A stretch of DNA of 33,340 nucleotides from a virus (Duplodnaviria > Caudoviricetes). A program made the translations under genes and the position numbers. The notes below the pieces were generated by a model. The model did not search any database and was not told the origin of the DNA. It saw nothing but the letters and a program-made list of their open reading frames with translations. The DNA lies in the IMG/VR virus record IMGVR_UViG_3300017909_003387, positions 1 through 33,340 of that record; one strand, 5' to 3'. Positions 19,619 to 28,075 of the stretch are shown here, piece by piece (position 1 is the stretch's first letter; every line of letters starts with the position of its first letter).

Positions 19619-19845
19619 TCAAAATTTATATTATACTCAATAGAAATAGGCATATTGGAATTAAACTCTTTCCATAAAAAAACTTCTTGATCTGTATTCT
19701 CCACCCAAATCTTTATTGAGTCAGAACTCTCATCATGTTTAATTAAATGAATATGATAATTACCCCCTAAAACTTCTTGATTTATTATATAGTGCATAGC
19801 GCTAGACTTATAGTCTGCTCCTATTGAGATTTTTCTTATTTCCAT
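19615..19845 (-). CDS. Conserved small phage protein
   Basis: 76 aa (IRKISIG.DYK..AMHY); ATGA-coupled to the tandem GroES gene. Confidence 0.65.
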   Translation of the reverse strand: MEIRKISIGADYKSSAMHYIINQEVLGGNYHIHLIKHDESSDSIKIWVENTDQEVFLWKEFNSNMPISIEYNINFE

Positions 19846-19877
19846 TATATTTAATTTGTTGCGATCTCTAAACGCCT

Positions 19878-22800
19878 TTAGGGCGTTATACGTATTCTCA
19901 ACACGCCTGCGTTGTGATATAATCCTCCAACAGGTATTCCTCCTGCAGCAGCTGCTGTATCATCAGCAAAATTAAACTGCACAACTGTTGGTAAAATAAC
20001 TCTTGGCACTTGAGCTACGCTTGGAGCTCCACCGTTAATTCCACCTTCTGTAATTAATAAGGCGTTTGAAAATGTATTTGTATTTAATCCTGTTGAAACA
20101 CTAAATGCAACTTCTCCTAATCCATTTGATCTGTCAGTTGCAGGATATTCAGCTACATTGTTTCTGAACCCTAAATTCATACACTTACTAGTTCCCTGAA
20201 GCTGTCCACCTATAGTAAACGAGTTTCTATCACCTGCTGCGCTTGGGCCTGTATTGTTTTCACCAAAACTAAACATTGAATCATCACCACCTAAAGTGTT
20301 GCTAAACCCTAACGCAAAAGCGTTATTGTCAGTTGTGATATCGTTTTGCCCTCCTGCAATAAATGAGGAGTAGGTGTCTGTCATATTATTTTGATATCCA
20401 ATAATATGACTTCTAACAGAACTTCCTGTTGAGTTTGTTCCATCAATAACGTTTTGTTCTCCTAAAATAGCAGAATATGTAGCGTTTTGTATTGTGTTTT
20501 TAGCACCTATAATAGCCGAGCCAACTGAAGCGCTGTTCATACTTTGATTTGAGCTAAACGGCCCAACCATTAAACTACCTGAAGGTACAGTTGTTTGATT
20601 TTGAACAATGTCAGTAATTGCTACACCTTTTCCAAATCTAATTTGAGTGTTTGCAAATCTCGCTAGTTCATCTTGTCCATTTTGACTATAAAATCTAGTG
20701 GAACTAGTTCCACCCAAAAGCAGAACATTATTTTCGTTTGTTACCTGGTTTAAAGCATTACCAACTATAATAGTACCAAGATTAGTTGCTGCGTTATTAT
20801 TTCCAACAACTATTGTTTTATTTTGAGTTCCTCCAACATTTATAGTTATCGTATTATCTTCTCCTATAGCCCCTGAATTACCTGCAATATTATTTCTATT
20901 TCCTATAGCAAAATTTCCATCTCCAGGACTAGGTACTGCTACATCATTTACATTGTTGCTACTTCCAACAGTAAAATGTCCAACTCCTGCATCTTCAATA
21001 ATATCATTGTCAAAACCTAAAGCAATTGAGTATTGCGCATTAGATGAACTTCCAGGTCCATGTGTTAATGAACCTGTTCCTGAAGATAAAGACTCAGGGC
21101 CTAATGCTATAGCTCTTAATCCTGTTGCTTTTGCTTTATATCCTATAGCAACCGAACTTGGACCTTCTGCCTCTGCTTCTTGCCCAATCGCAGAAGAATC
21201 TAATCCAGATGCTGCTGCTTGATTACCCATAGCAAGTGCTTGACCTGCTGATGCTATTGTTTGTGTTCCTATAGATACTGAATTACCTCCACTTGACACC
21301 GAATTGTTACCCATGGCAATTGCATGTGTTCCTGATGCTGTAGTGTCTTTACCAATTGAGATTGGCCCTGTACCTGTTTGTGCAATCGCTGTATCACCTA
21401 TTGCAAATGATTTTTCGCTTTTTGCTTGACAGTTAGATCCGATAGCAACAGCATTAAGTCCTTCAACGGTATTAATACTTCCTATTGCCATTCCACCGTC
21501 AGCTGATACTGTGTGGGAGAAACCTGCAGCAAAAGCATCACCTCCTGTAACATTTGTCGTGTTTCCTAATATAAACGATGTCTCTACTGAAGTATCTATT
21601 GAATTATCCCAACCAATTATACCACATCCTGATCCATCTAATGAATTGCTTTCACCTGCGATAAAGCTTGTTTCTGAATTGCCACTAATTTGATTATTAT
21701 TACCAAAAACTGCGTTAAACCCAGAGCTATCTAAAACTTGATGGTCTCTTCCTGCAACAAAATTAAATGAACTATCGGTGCTAACAGTAAGATTTCCTCC
21801 AATTGCGTAGTTAGAATTATTTTGAACATCTACACCACTACCAAAAGCTAATGAAGGATTTTCGCTACTTGCAGGCGCTTGAACATTTCTACCCATTTCT
21901 AAACTTCCGTGAAGTCTAGTGTGTACCGTTGGGTTGTTCAGTTGTGCTCCCGTTCCAATATTTACAGAGTTATTTGTTTTTGGTATTGTTTGACCAAAAC
22001 ATTCTATGTTTATTTGATATTTGGATTGTGAATTACCATCAATAAATAATCTTGAATTATTACCAATAGCTATACTGCCCGTTGCGTCTGTAATTGCTCC
22101 AAAATTTCCAATTTGATCGTATCCGTTGCTAGCTGCAGAATTACCAATAAAAACATTTGTATTACCTTCTACTAAATTGTCTCCTGCATTTGCACCTAAG
22201 GCAACATTAAAATAAGTAAACCCAGGTGTTGGTAAAAAGTTTTTTAATGCCTCATAACCAAGAGCTGTTACACCACCTGCCTGATAGGTCATTTTTTCTC
22301 CTGCATATGCACCAACTAATGTGTGTGCTGAAGGTTTATATAAAATTCCAGTTGGTTTTGCTGCTAAAGACGCACCTGCATTTGTTCCAATCAATGTGAG
22401 ACCGTTACCTCCTGCTCTTTGAGGATCTGCAGGATCGTAATTATCAGCCAAAGCCTTACCTGCGCCAACTCCGTATGCAGTTGTAGCAGTTCCTTGGTAA
22501 TCTGCAGGTCTTTCTCCTTGTAATAAATTAGAACTAGGAGCAACTGGATCTTCAGCATTGTATAAATATGGAAATCCTTTTCCTACTACATAGGTGCTTT
22601 CCCATATTGTTGTAAAGCCTTCTTGTCCTGAACCGTTTAAGTTAGCAGAATCAATCTTATCCCAAAATACATTACCTGCTATATCTTCTGATATTATAGC
22701 CCAATCTCCAGGATCCCAATCTGATATTGTTCCACCTGAAGCATCTGGCAATGCTGCGTTTCCATGTGTATTACAAACCCAATACTTACCTGTGTTTGAA

Positions 22801-23603
22801 GCAACTAATGGTATTGCTAATAAATCAGGATTACCACCGTCAGTAACTCCACCTTCTGCAATTGTTCTTGCATCCCATGCTGCCTGAAATTCTAATCCTG
22901 AACCTTGATAGTTTTCCCACCTTACTGTTCCGTCAGGTTGAGAAACTAATACTTGCTCTCCTGTTCCAACTAATCCATCTTTGTCGTATACTTCTGCAGT
23001 TCCAAAAAACAATTTAGTTCCTAAACTAGTTTCTCCTGTAATAGAAGCGTTGTTTCCTACAGACAAGTTATTTCCTAAACTAACATTATCTGCAACCGAC
23101 AGACTACCTGTACCCAAAGAGTTTTCTATTGTAATCAAACTCCCAGGAATATCAACTTGCTCTACCGTTCCAGAGCCTTGTTGAATCGCAGGTTGTGATA
23201 AACTACACACAACAACTGATTGTCCACCCCCAACACCTGATTGTACCACTTGTCCTGTTTGACAATCTGTATAATTGAAGTCTGCTCCACCTAACGGATC
23301 TCCTGTAACTTTATATTCTATAGGTCCTGATCCGAACACAGCAGAGTTAGCAAAATCTTGCTTTATCATTGAGTTAACTAACTTAACGGATATATCTCCT
23401 TCTGCATTCGCTGTGAACACAGGAATTCTATATGCGTTACCATCAGTCAAAGTATCTATAACATAATCAGCAATACCTTGTATTGTAAAAGTTTTTGTCT
23501 GCTTATCAATTGGGGATGAGTTCGCAGCCGTTCCTATTAAATAATCCGCTCCTTCAATTGGAGATTGATTCGGATATGATAAAGTATTGCTAATTTTTGC
23601 CAT
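19878..23603 (-). CDS. Tail fibre / receptor-binding protein with YadA-head-like repeats
   Basis: 1241 aa, G/N/S/A-rich. Many ~14-residue repeats (A.G..S.AIG...) resemble trimeric autotransporter head beta-rolls. Confidence 0.8.
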   Translation of the reverse strand: MAKISNTLSYPNQSPIEGADYLIGTAANSSPIDKQTKTFTIQGIADYVIDTLTDGNAYRIPVFTANAEGDISVKLVNSMIKQDFANSAVFGSGPIEYKVTGDPLGGADFNYTDCQTGQVVQSGVGGGQSVVVCSLSQPAIQQGSGTVEQVDIPGSLITIENSLGTGSLSVADNVSLGNNLSVGNNASITGETSLGTKLFFGTAEVYDKDGLVGTGEQVLVSQPDGTVRWENYQGSGLEFQAAWDARTIAEGGVTDGGNPDLLAIPLVASNTGKYWVCNTHGNAALPDASGGTISDWDPGDWAIISEDIAGNVFWDKIDSANLNGSGQEGFTTIWESTYVVGKGFPYLYNAEDPVAPSSNLLQGERPADYQGTATTAYGVGAGKALADNYDPADPQRAGGNGLTLIGTNAGASLAAKPTGILYKPSAHTLVGAYAGEKMTYQAGGVTALGYEALKNFLPTPGFTYFNVALGANAGDNLVEGNTNVFIGNSAASNGYDQIGNFGAITDATGSIAIGNNSRLFIDGNSQSKYQINIECFGQTIPKTNNSVNIGTGAQLNNPTVHTRLHGSLEMGRNVQAPASSENPSLAFGSGVDVQNNSNYAIGGNLTVSTDSSFNFVAGRDHQVLDSSGFNAVFGNNNQISGNSETSFIAGESNSLDGSGCGIIGWDNSIDTSVETSFILGNTTNVTGGDAFAAGFSHTVSADGGMAIGSINTVEGLNAVAIGSNCQAKSEKSFAIGDTAIAQTGTGPISIGKDTTASGTHAIAMGNNSVSSGGNSVSIGTQTIASAGQALAMGNQAAASGLDSSAIGQEAEAEGPSSVAIGYKAKATGLRAIALGPESLSSGTGSLTHGPGSSSNAQYSIALGFDNDIIEDAGVGHFTVGSSNNVNDVAVPSPGDGNFAIGNRNNIAGNSGAIGEDNTITINVGGTQNKTIVVGNNNAATNLGTIIVGNALNQVTNENNVLLLGGTSSTRFYSQNGQDELARFANTQIRFGKGVAITDIVQNQTTVPSGSLMVGPFSSNQSMNSASVGSAIIGAKNTIQNATYSAILGEQNVIDGTNSTGSSVRSHIIGYQNNMTDTYSSFIAGGQNDITTDNNAFALGFSNTLGGDDSMFSFGENNTGPSAAGDRNSFTIGGQLQGTSKCMNLGFRNNVAEYPATDRSNGLGEVAFSVSTGLNTNTFSNALLITEGGINGGAPSVAQVPRVILPTVVQFNFADDTAAAAGGIPVGGLYHNAGVLRIRITP

Positions 23604-23604
23604 A

Positions 23605-23832
23605 TTATTCTTTTTCTTTTATTTCCCCTGTTTGTAAATTAATAACAGAATTTTCACCGTATTTTTCTAAAAGCACTTGTTCTAATTTACCAAAGTCTAC
23701 TCTAATACTTTCAACTTGTTTTAGGACAAGAGATTTCTGAATCTCTAGATCTCCAAGTTGCGCTTTTTTACTTACAAATTCAGAGTTTAAATTTTGTAAT
23801 TCTTGTAACTCTTTTTCTTCTACTTTTTTCAT
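23605..23832 (-). CDS. Small coiled-coil protein next to the tail fibre (possible assembly chaperone)
   Basis: 75 aa with heptad pattern and LEKYG...INLQTGE C-terminus. Confidence 0.55.
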   Translation of the reverse strand: MKKVEEKELQELQNLNSEFVSKKAQLGDLEIQKSLVLKQVESIRVDFGKLEQVLLEKYGENSVINLQTGEIKEKE

Positions 23833-23856
23833 TATTTTATATTTAAGTTAATAATG

Positions 23857-23864
23857 CAAAGGTA
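23857..23864 (-). promoter_or_regulatory. Bacteroidota -7 promoter box TACCTTTG
   Basis: Intergenic, 24 nt upstream of the ATG at 23832. Confidence 0.6.
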
Positions 23865-23892
23865 ATCAATTATTCTTTACTTTTTTTTGGAA

Positions 23893-24324
23893 CTATTTAT
23901 GTCTATTATTACCCATCACCTTTTCAACTCCTCTTGATCCAAAATATGCTCCAACAATCAAACTAAGAAGTCCTGTTATACTATCTAAAGAATAATCGAG
24001 ATACCATCCTACTACATAACTAACTGAAAAGAAAACTAGTATCAAAGGTCTTACATTTTTTGACAACCAACTTGTGCTTGCCATGTCTGCAGTCCATCTT
24101 TTACTAACCTCTTGCATTTCAATCATATCTAATTCTAAAAGCTTCATTGCTTTTTCTTTATCCTCAGGTGGCAATACAGGATCCTTGTCAATCAAATTTT
24201 TGACAACACCCAGCACTCCTTGGTCAGGCAAAACATCACCAATAGTTCCTAACAAACCTGGTGCAGCTTTACTTAAAAAAGCACCGACTTTAGTTTCAGA
24301 AAATTTTTTTTTAGGTTTACTCAT
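23893..24324 (-). CDS. Holin (GTA 3TM-holin-like)
   Basis: RWTADM.S.SWLSKNVRP motif, two C-terminal hydrophobic helices ending GAYFGSRGVEK; ATGA-coupled to the endolysin. Confidence 0.7.
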   Translation of the reverse strand: MSKPKKKFSETKVGAFLSKAAPGLLGTIGDVLPDQGVLGVVKNLIDKDPVLPPEDKEKAMKLLELDMIEMQEVSKRWTADMASTSWLSKNVRPLILVFFSVSYVVGWYLDYSLDSITGLLSLIVGAYFGSRGVEKVMGNNRHK

Positions 24325-24779
24325 ATCGTTTTGTATTTAGTTTTACCATCTTCTTTATACGCCTTCAAACATCTTCCTCTATTATCTTCTTTACTTACAT
24401 AAGATACATGAATCCAATTAGGAGACATATCAGTTCCAAACTCCCATATCAACTGATCGAATTCAAGATTTTCTCTTATGTATAAAAACATTTCTGCATT
24501 TGTCTTGTGACCATATACATCATCCAGGTCAATCGCCTGACCTTTACAATGTTGTGATGAGGATGCTCCCCCAATGGTCTCATTTAATTTTGGAGATCTG
24601 AAAAATGAATTTACTTTTATAGGGCCTCCCACCCAAGATCTTAGTGGCTCGAAAACTTTTTCAGCCAACTCTTTCATGTTGTCTAAATGCTGAGAGTTGG
24701 GAGTATTGTCTATACCATCGCGCTTTGCAGTATTCGAATGTATAGCTTCAGCATAAGTAATATGTTTGCTTATATTCAT
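24321..24779 (-). CDS. Endolysin, peptidase M15 family
   Basis: Zn-binding motifs SFFRS..LN..IGG...SQHCKGQAID and WIHVSY. Confidence 0.85.
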   Translation of the reverse strand: MNISKHITYAEAIHSNTAKRDGIDNTPNSQHLDNMKELAEKVFEPLRSWVGGPIKVNSFFRSPKLNETIGGASSSQHCKGQAIDLDDVYGHKTNAEMFLYIRENLEFDQLIWEFGTDMSPNWIHVSYVSKEDNRGRCLKAYKEDGKTKYKTI

Positions 24780-26062
24780 AATCTAAAATTTAATCCAACA
24801 CTAGAGGTGTAAACTTCTGAATCCCAAAATTTAGTATACTCTCCTTCAATGAAGATACCTAATGTTTTGCTGATTTTCCATCCTGCGATTAATCCTCCTT
24901 GATAATCACTCCATTGATCACCGTTAGATTGTGAGTGTCCATCGTGATGACCTTCATGATCCCAACCATTTCTATGTAAATATGAATAACCTACATCACC
25001 TTGAACATAATGGTGATAGGGTAAAATCCAATTCGCATAAGCATGTATCCAAAAGTTTTTCTTGTAATGATAAAAATCAAAACCTACTATAGGTGCAACT
25101 TCAATAAAAGAATCTAACAAGTCCCATTGCTCTGCGTTGAATCGGTTCATAAGAGAACCAAATATACGATCCCGAAAGTCTCTATCACCATAGGCAACTA
25201 TTTGTTCATTAGGATCTTTCCAAATCCAATCATAAAAAACTTCACCTGTTTCAAAATCAGTATAAGAAGTGTAATGATCAGTGAATCCATAAAGATACCC
25301 AAGGCTGTACCAAGGATTTACAGGATACTCAAATGGATTTCCATCAGGATCTAAAATTGGATTGCCATCTGCATCTAAAGCTATTTGTGTTTCATTAAGC
25401 CATATTTCAATTGGATTATATCCATATGGTTTTTGGTGAGATCTTGCAATAGCACCTAAAGATATACTTAGTTTTTTACCTATAGGCAATCTAAATCTTG
25501 CTTCTGCTGATTGATATTCAAAATCAACATTCCCTTTTTTTCTTGACTCTAGTTTTACAATATGGTATTTACCTGTATGTCTAATAAAAAATCTTGAATT
25601 TATAAACTCTTCAGATCTTTCTCTTTGTTTTTCTATATGTAAAAGATATTCAAAACCTTTGACTGCTGCTGTAGGAGCTGATAGACCTACTAAATTTTCA
25701 GTACCATCAATGTAGTTTTGTTTTATTTCATAATCAAACCTTGCTAACTTACGAACTCCTATACCTGCACGAAAATCAAAGGGGTGATAAACTGTTTCAT
25801 CAACCACTTGTGGTATGTCATATAAATCATCAGGATTAGTTCTGATAAAATAATCAGGATACTTTGTTTGATATGCGTTATCAATATCTCCTGCCACATA
25901 TACTGTAGCATATTTAAATATGTTCTTGTATACGCCATCAAAAAACTTCTTGGCTTTGTATTTTTTAACAACTTTATTTTCAACCTTATCATCATTAGAG
26001 ATGACTTGTGCTGATATAGTGAAACACATTAATAGTGTTATTAGTGATATAAGTTTCTTCAT
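24776..26062 (-). CDS. Secreted protein, predicted outer-membrane beta-barrel
   Basis: Signal peptide MKKLISLITLLMCFTISA|Q. Aromatic-rich amphipathic strands (IVGFDFYHY, GLIAGWKI, LGIFIEGEY) and terminal strand SVGLNFRL. Confidence 0.6.
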   Translation of the reverse strand: MKKLISLITLLMCFTISAQVISNDDKVENKVVKKYKAKKFFDGVYKNIFKYATVYVAGDIDNAYQTKYPDYFIRTNPDDLYDIPQVVDETVYHPFDFRAGIGVRKLARFDYEIKQNYIDGTENLVGLSAPTAAVKGFEYLLHIEKQRERSEEFINSRFFIRHTGKYHIVKLESRKKGNVDFEYQSAEARFRLPIGKKLSISLGAIARSHQKPYGYNPIEIWLNETQIALDADGNPILDPDGNPFEYPVNPWYSLGYLYGFTDHYTSYTDFETGEVFYDWIWKDPNEQIVAYGDRDFRDRIFGSLMNRFNAEQWDLLDSFIEVAPIVGFDFYHYKKNFWIHAYANWILPYHHYVQGDVGYSYLHRNGWDHEGHHDGHSQSNGDQWSDYQGGLIAGWKISKTLGIFIEGEYTKFWDSEVYTSSVGLNFRL

Positions 26063-26063
26063 T

Positions 26064-26405
26064 TTAAAATTTACTTTCTATGATTTCTTCGATATGTTCT
26101 TCAATTATTTCTAATGTATCTTCAGGTAGTTTCAATGTTATTCCACTCTCTATTCTTACAACTTCTTTACCATTGTGAAATAAAACAATTGTAGGTAAAT
26201 AAGTTATATTTTCCTTTTCGAAAATTTTTTTCTTTTCGTTAATATGAAAGGTATAAATATTATGATCAGAAAATTTTTTAAGTGATATTTCTGATGCTTT
26301 GGTAAAAGGGGCGCTAAACTGAACTATGGATATTTGGTCTTTATAATCTTGAGCTGCGATAGAAGTGTAGAATAATATAAAAATTATCGCTAATAAATTT
26401 CTCAT
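26064..26405 (-). CDS. Secreted thioredoxin-fold protein lacking CxxC
   Basis: Signal peptide ...TSIAA|Q. IVQFSAPF sits where V.F.A.WC is expected; ENITYLPTIVLFHNGKEV cis-Pro motif; no Cys anywhere. Confidence 0.7.
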   Translation of the reverse strand: MRNLLAIIFILFYTSIAAQDYKDQISIVQFSAPFTKASEISLKKFSDHNIYTFHINEKKKIFEKENITYLPTIVLFHNGKEVVRIESGITLKLPEDTLEIIEEHIEEIIESKF

Positions 26406-26409
26406 GTTA

Positions 26410-26712
26410 TTATTTTTTACTCAATTCATATAGTCTTTCATCCATTTTATTTAATTGTTCTTTGATTTCATTGACATCAACCTTTATAGTATTGACATCG
26501 GTTTCGACTTTTTCAATTGTGCTTCTAACAAGCTCATCTTTATATTGAAATTCAATTGAGCTTACTTCGGGTTTTGGCTCTTCCATGGCCAAGGCAATAT
26601 CAGATTTTAAGGAAAAATAAATAGTAGCAAGACTGATAACAAATCCTACTATCATTCCGATAGTTTTTAAATCAAGTGTTAGTTGTGTATTTTCGTCAAC
26701 TCGAGTCGCCAT
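26410..26712 (-). CDS. Single-TM protein with C-terminal coiled coil (i-spanin-like topology)
   Basis: TM segment IGMIVGFVISLATIYFSL, then heptads IEKVETDVNTIKVDVNEIKEQLNKMDERLYEL. Confidence 0.6.
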   Translation of the reverse strand: MATRVDENTQLTLDLKTIGMIVGFVISLATIYFSLKSDIALAMEEPKPEVSSIEFQYKDELVRSTIEKVETDVNTIKVDVNEIKEQLNKMDERLYELSKK

Positions 26713-26782
26713 TTTGTTCTACTATTTCATATACCACTTCGATATCTCCAAGTGTTATGTCTTTCTCAAAATAATCTACCAT
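26696..26782 (-). CDS. Possible 28-aa acidic micro-ORF
   Basis: MVDYFEKDITLGDIEVVYEIVEQNGDSS; fills the gap and overlaps both neighbours. Not in the track. Confidence 0.45.
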   Translation of the reverse strand: MVDYFEKDITLGDIEVVYEIVEQNGDSS

Positions 26783-27033
26783 AGTGCAATTATTTCTCCA
26801 GCTGTTGTGCCAGTAGCAAATACTTGCAATACTTGAACAGGAAAAAACTGACCTGCATAAACGCCCACAAATGTTACTACATCACCACCAACTGTTTTGA
26901 CTTGAATGTCTCCAGGTGTTCCAATGTATAATACACATCCATTGTTTGTTCCACCAGTAACTGCTGGTATTTCGTCAGTATCACTTGGTACTACCAATAA
27001 TGCTCTGCCTGCTTGTAATTTTTGATATGCCAT
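26776..27033 (-). CDS. Head spike-base/decoration protein (RcGTA Rcc01079-like)
   Basis: VVPSD...LYIG..GDIQV...GG.VVTF.GV.AG...PVQV..V.ATGTTA..IIALW matches my recollection of this family. Confidence 0.7.
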   Translation of the reverse strand: MAYQKLQAGRALLVVPSDTDEIPAVTGGTNNGCVLYIGTPGDIQVKTVGGDVVTFVGVYAGQFFPVQVLQVFATGTTAGEIIALW

Positions 27034-27038
27034 ATTAA

Positions 27039-27194
27039 TTATTTGTTATAAGGAAACATGCGATTCAAAGAATCTCTTCTTTGTTGACAACCACATGGTT
27101 TTCCAGTTACTTTTTCATAGGTTTTTGCCACTTTATCTGCACCAATTAATTTTGCAGCCTTGTGAACAGTATCACCGAATCCTTTTGATTTCAT
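27039..27194 (-). CDS. 51-aa phage protein with KG(F/L)GDT and CGC..RR..LN motifs
   Basis: MKSKGFGDTVHKAAKLIGADKVAKTYEKVTGKPCGCQQRRDSLNRMFPYNK. Not in the track. Confidence 0.75.
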   Translation of the reverse strand: MKSKGFGDTVHKAAKLIGADKVAKTYEKVTGKPCGCQQRRDSLNRMFPYNK

Positions 27195-27335
27195 TTAATC
27201 TTTACATTTGCACAGTTTGTTTGGACAACTATCCACTTGAACTGTGAGTTTTACTAGTAGGGCGTTCCACTTACATAATAGCTTACACCATAGATTTGAA
27301 ATCCATTGCCCTAATTTGATTAATGCTTTACCCAT
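27195..27335 (-). CDS. 46-aa amphipathic Cys/Trp/Lys-rich peptide
   Basis: MGKALIKLGQWISNLWCKLLCKWNALLVKLTVQVDSCPNKLCKCKD. TAATG overlap upstream, abuts the next ATG. Not in the track. Confidence 0.7.
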   Translation of the reverse strand: MGKALIKLGQWISNLWCKLLCKWNALLVKLTVQVDSCPNKLCKCKD

Positions 27336-27535
27336 TATTTTTTCTTTTTCATTTTACAGCCAAAATTATTAGCGTAATTCGCTTGCTTTACAATTTTGTC
27401 CGAATATTTTTTTGGACTTTTCATAACTGCTGAAGCTGCACTACACGCATCTTTAAATCCGTTTGCCATAGCCCACTTTGTAAACTTGCCTTGATTTTTT
27501 TCTTTGATAGCTGGAAACGGTTCTTTCTTAGCCAT
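27335..27535 (-). CDS. Small basic protein
   Basis: 66 aa with IKEKNQGKFTKWA and KQANYANN motifs. Confidence 0.7.
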   Translation of the reverse strand: MAKKEPFPAIKEKNQGKFTKWAMANGFKDACSAASAVMKSPKKYSDKIVKQANYANNFGCKMKKKK

Positions 27536-27536
27536 A

Positions 27537-27746
27537 TTACTTTTTAATCAATTTACTTAAATGTCCTTTTACACTACTTGGATAATGCTTTTCATAGTGC
27601 ATGGAATGGTCTCCACCATATGCGTGACCGTACTCTTTTTTTGACATTGCTTTAGACTCATCTCTCCTGTCTTTGAACGACTGAGATTTTTTGCCGTGCT
27701 TTCCTGCTAAAGATTCATCTAATCTGTCATTATAACCTTGTGCCAT
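27537..27746 (-). CDS. Small basic His-rich protein
   Basis: 69 aa; QGYNDRLDESL...KKSQSFKDRRDESKAM. Confidence 0.7.
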   Translation of the reverse strand: MAQGYNDRLDESLAGKHGKKSQSFKDRRDESKAMSKKEYGHAYGGDHSMHYEKHYPSSVKGHLSKLIKK

Positions 27747-27775
27747 AGCTTTTATTTTTTAAATTATTTATTTTA

Positions 27776-27783
27776 CAAATATA
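27776..27783 (-). promoter_or_regulatory. Bacteroidota -7 promoter box TATATTTG
   Basis: Intergenic, directly after the stop at 27784 and 29 nt upstream of the ATG at 27746. Confidence 0.55.
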
Positions 27784-28074
27784 CTAATATTTTCCTCTCC
27801 TATTTTTAGGGCTTGACTTCTTAGATCCACCCTTACCAGCCCATAAGTTTTTACATGCCCAATAACGAGCAGTTAGTTTTGATTTGGCTTGTTCACACTT
27901 GTGTCGTGCCTTGAAACTTTTCCTTGCAGCTGCTGAATAATTATGTCCATATCCCTTTGCTCCAAAGTGTATAAGTTTTTCTTTTCCCCCTTCACAACCT
28001 TTGACCATACGCTTTTTACCTGGTCTGTCAGAAGGCCTAGGTTTATTGCACGGCATGTTTTTTTTGTTGGCCAT
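27784..28074 (-). CDS. Small basic protein of a widespread viral family (SFKARHKC...ARYWAC)
   Basis: 96 aa; GKKRMV...KLIHFG..GY......RKSFKARHKC...KLTARYWACK.LW. Confidence 0.75.
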   Translation of the reverse strand: MANKKNMPCNKPRPSDRPGKKRMVKGCEGGKEKLIHFGAKGYGHNYSAAARKSFKARHKCEQAKSKLTARYWACKNLWAGKGGSKKSSPKNRRGKY

Positions 28075-28075
28075 A

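Noticed and set aside
19878-23603. Diversity-generating retroelement or invertible cassette acting on the tail fibre
   Set aside because: No reverse transcriptase, invertase or near-identical template/variable repeat pair was seen in this window.
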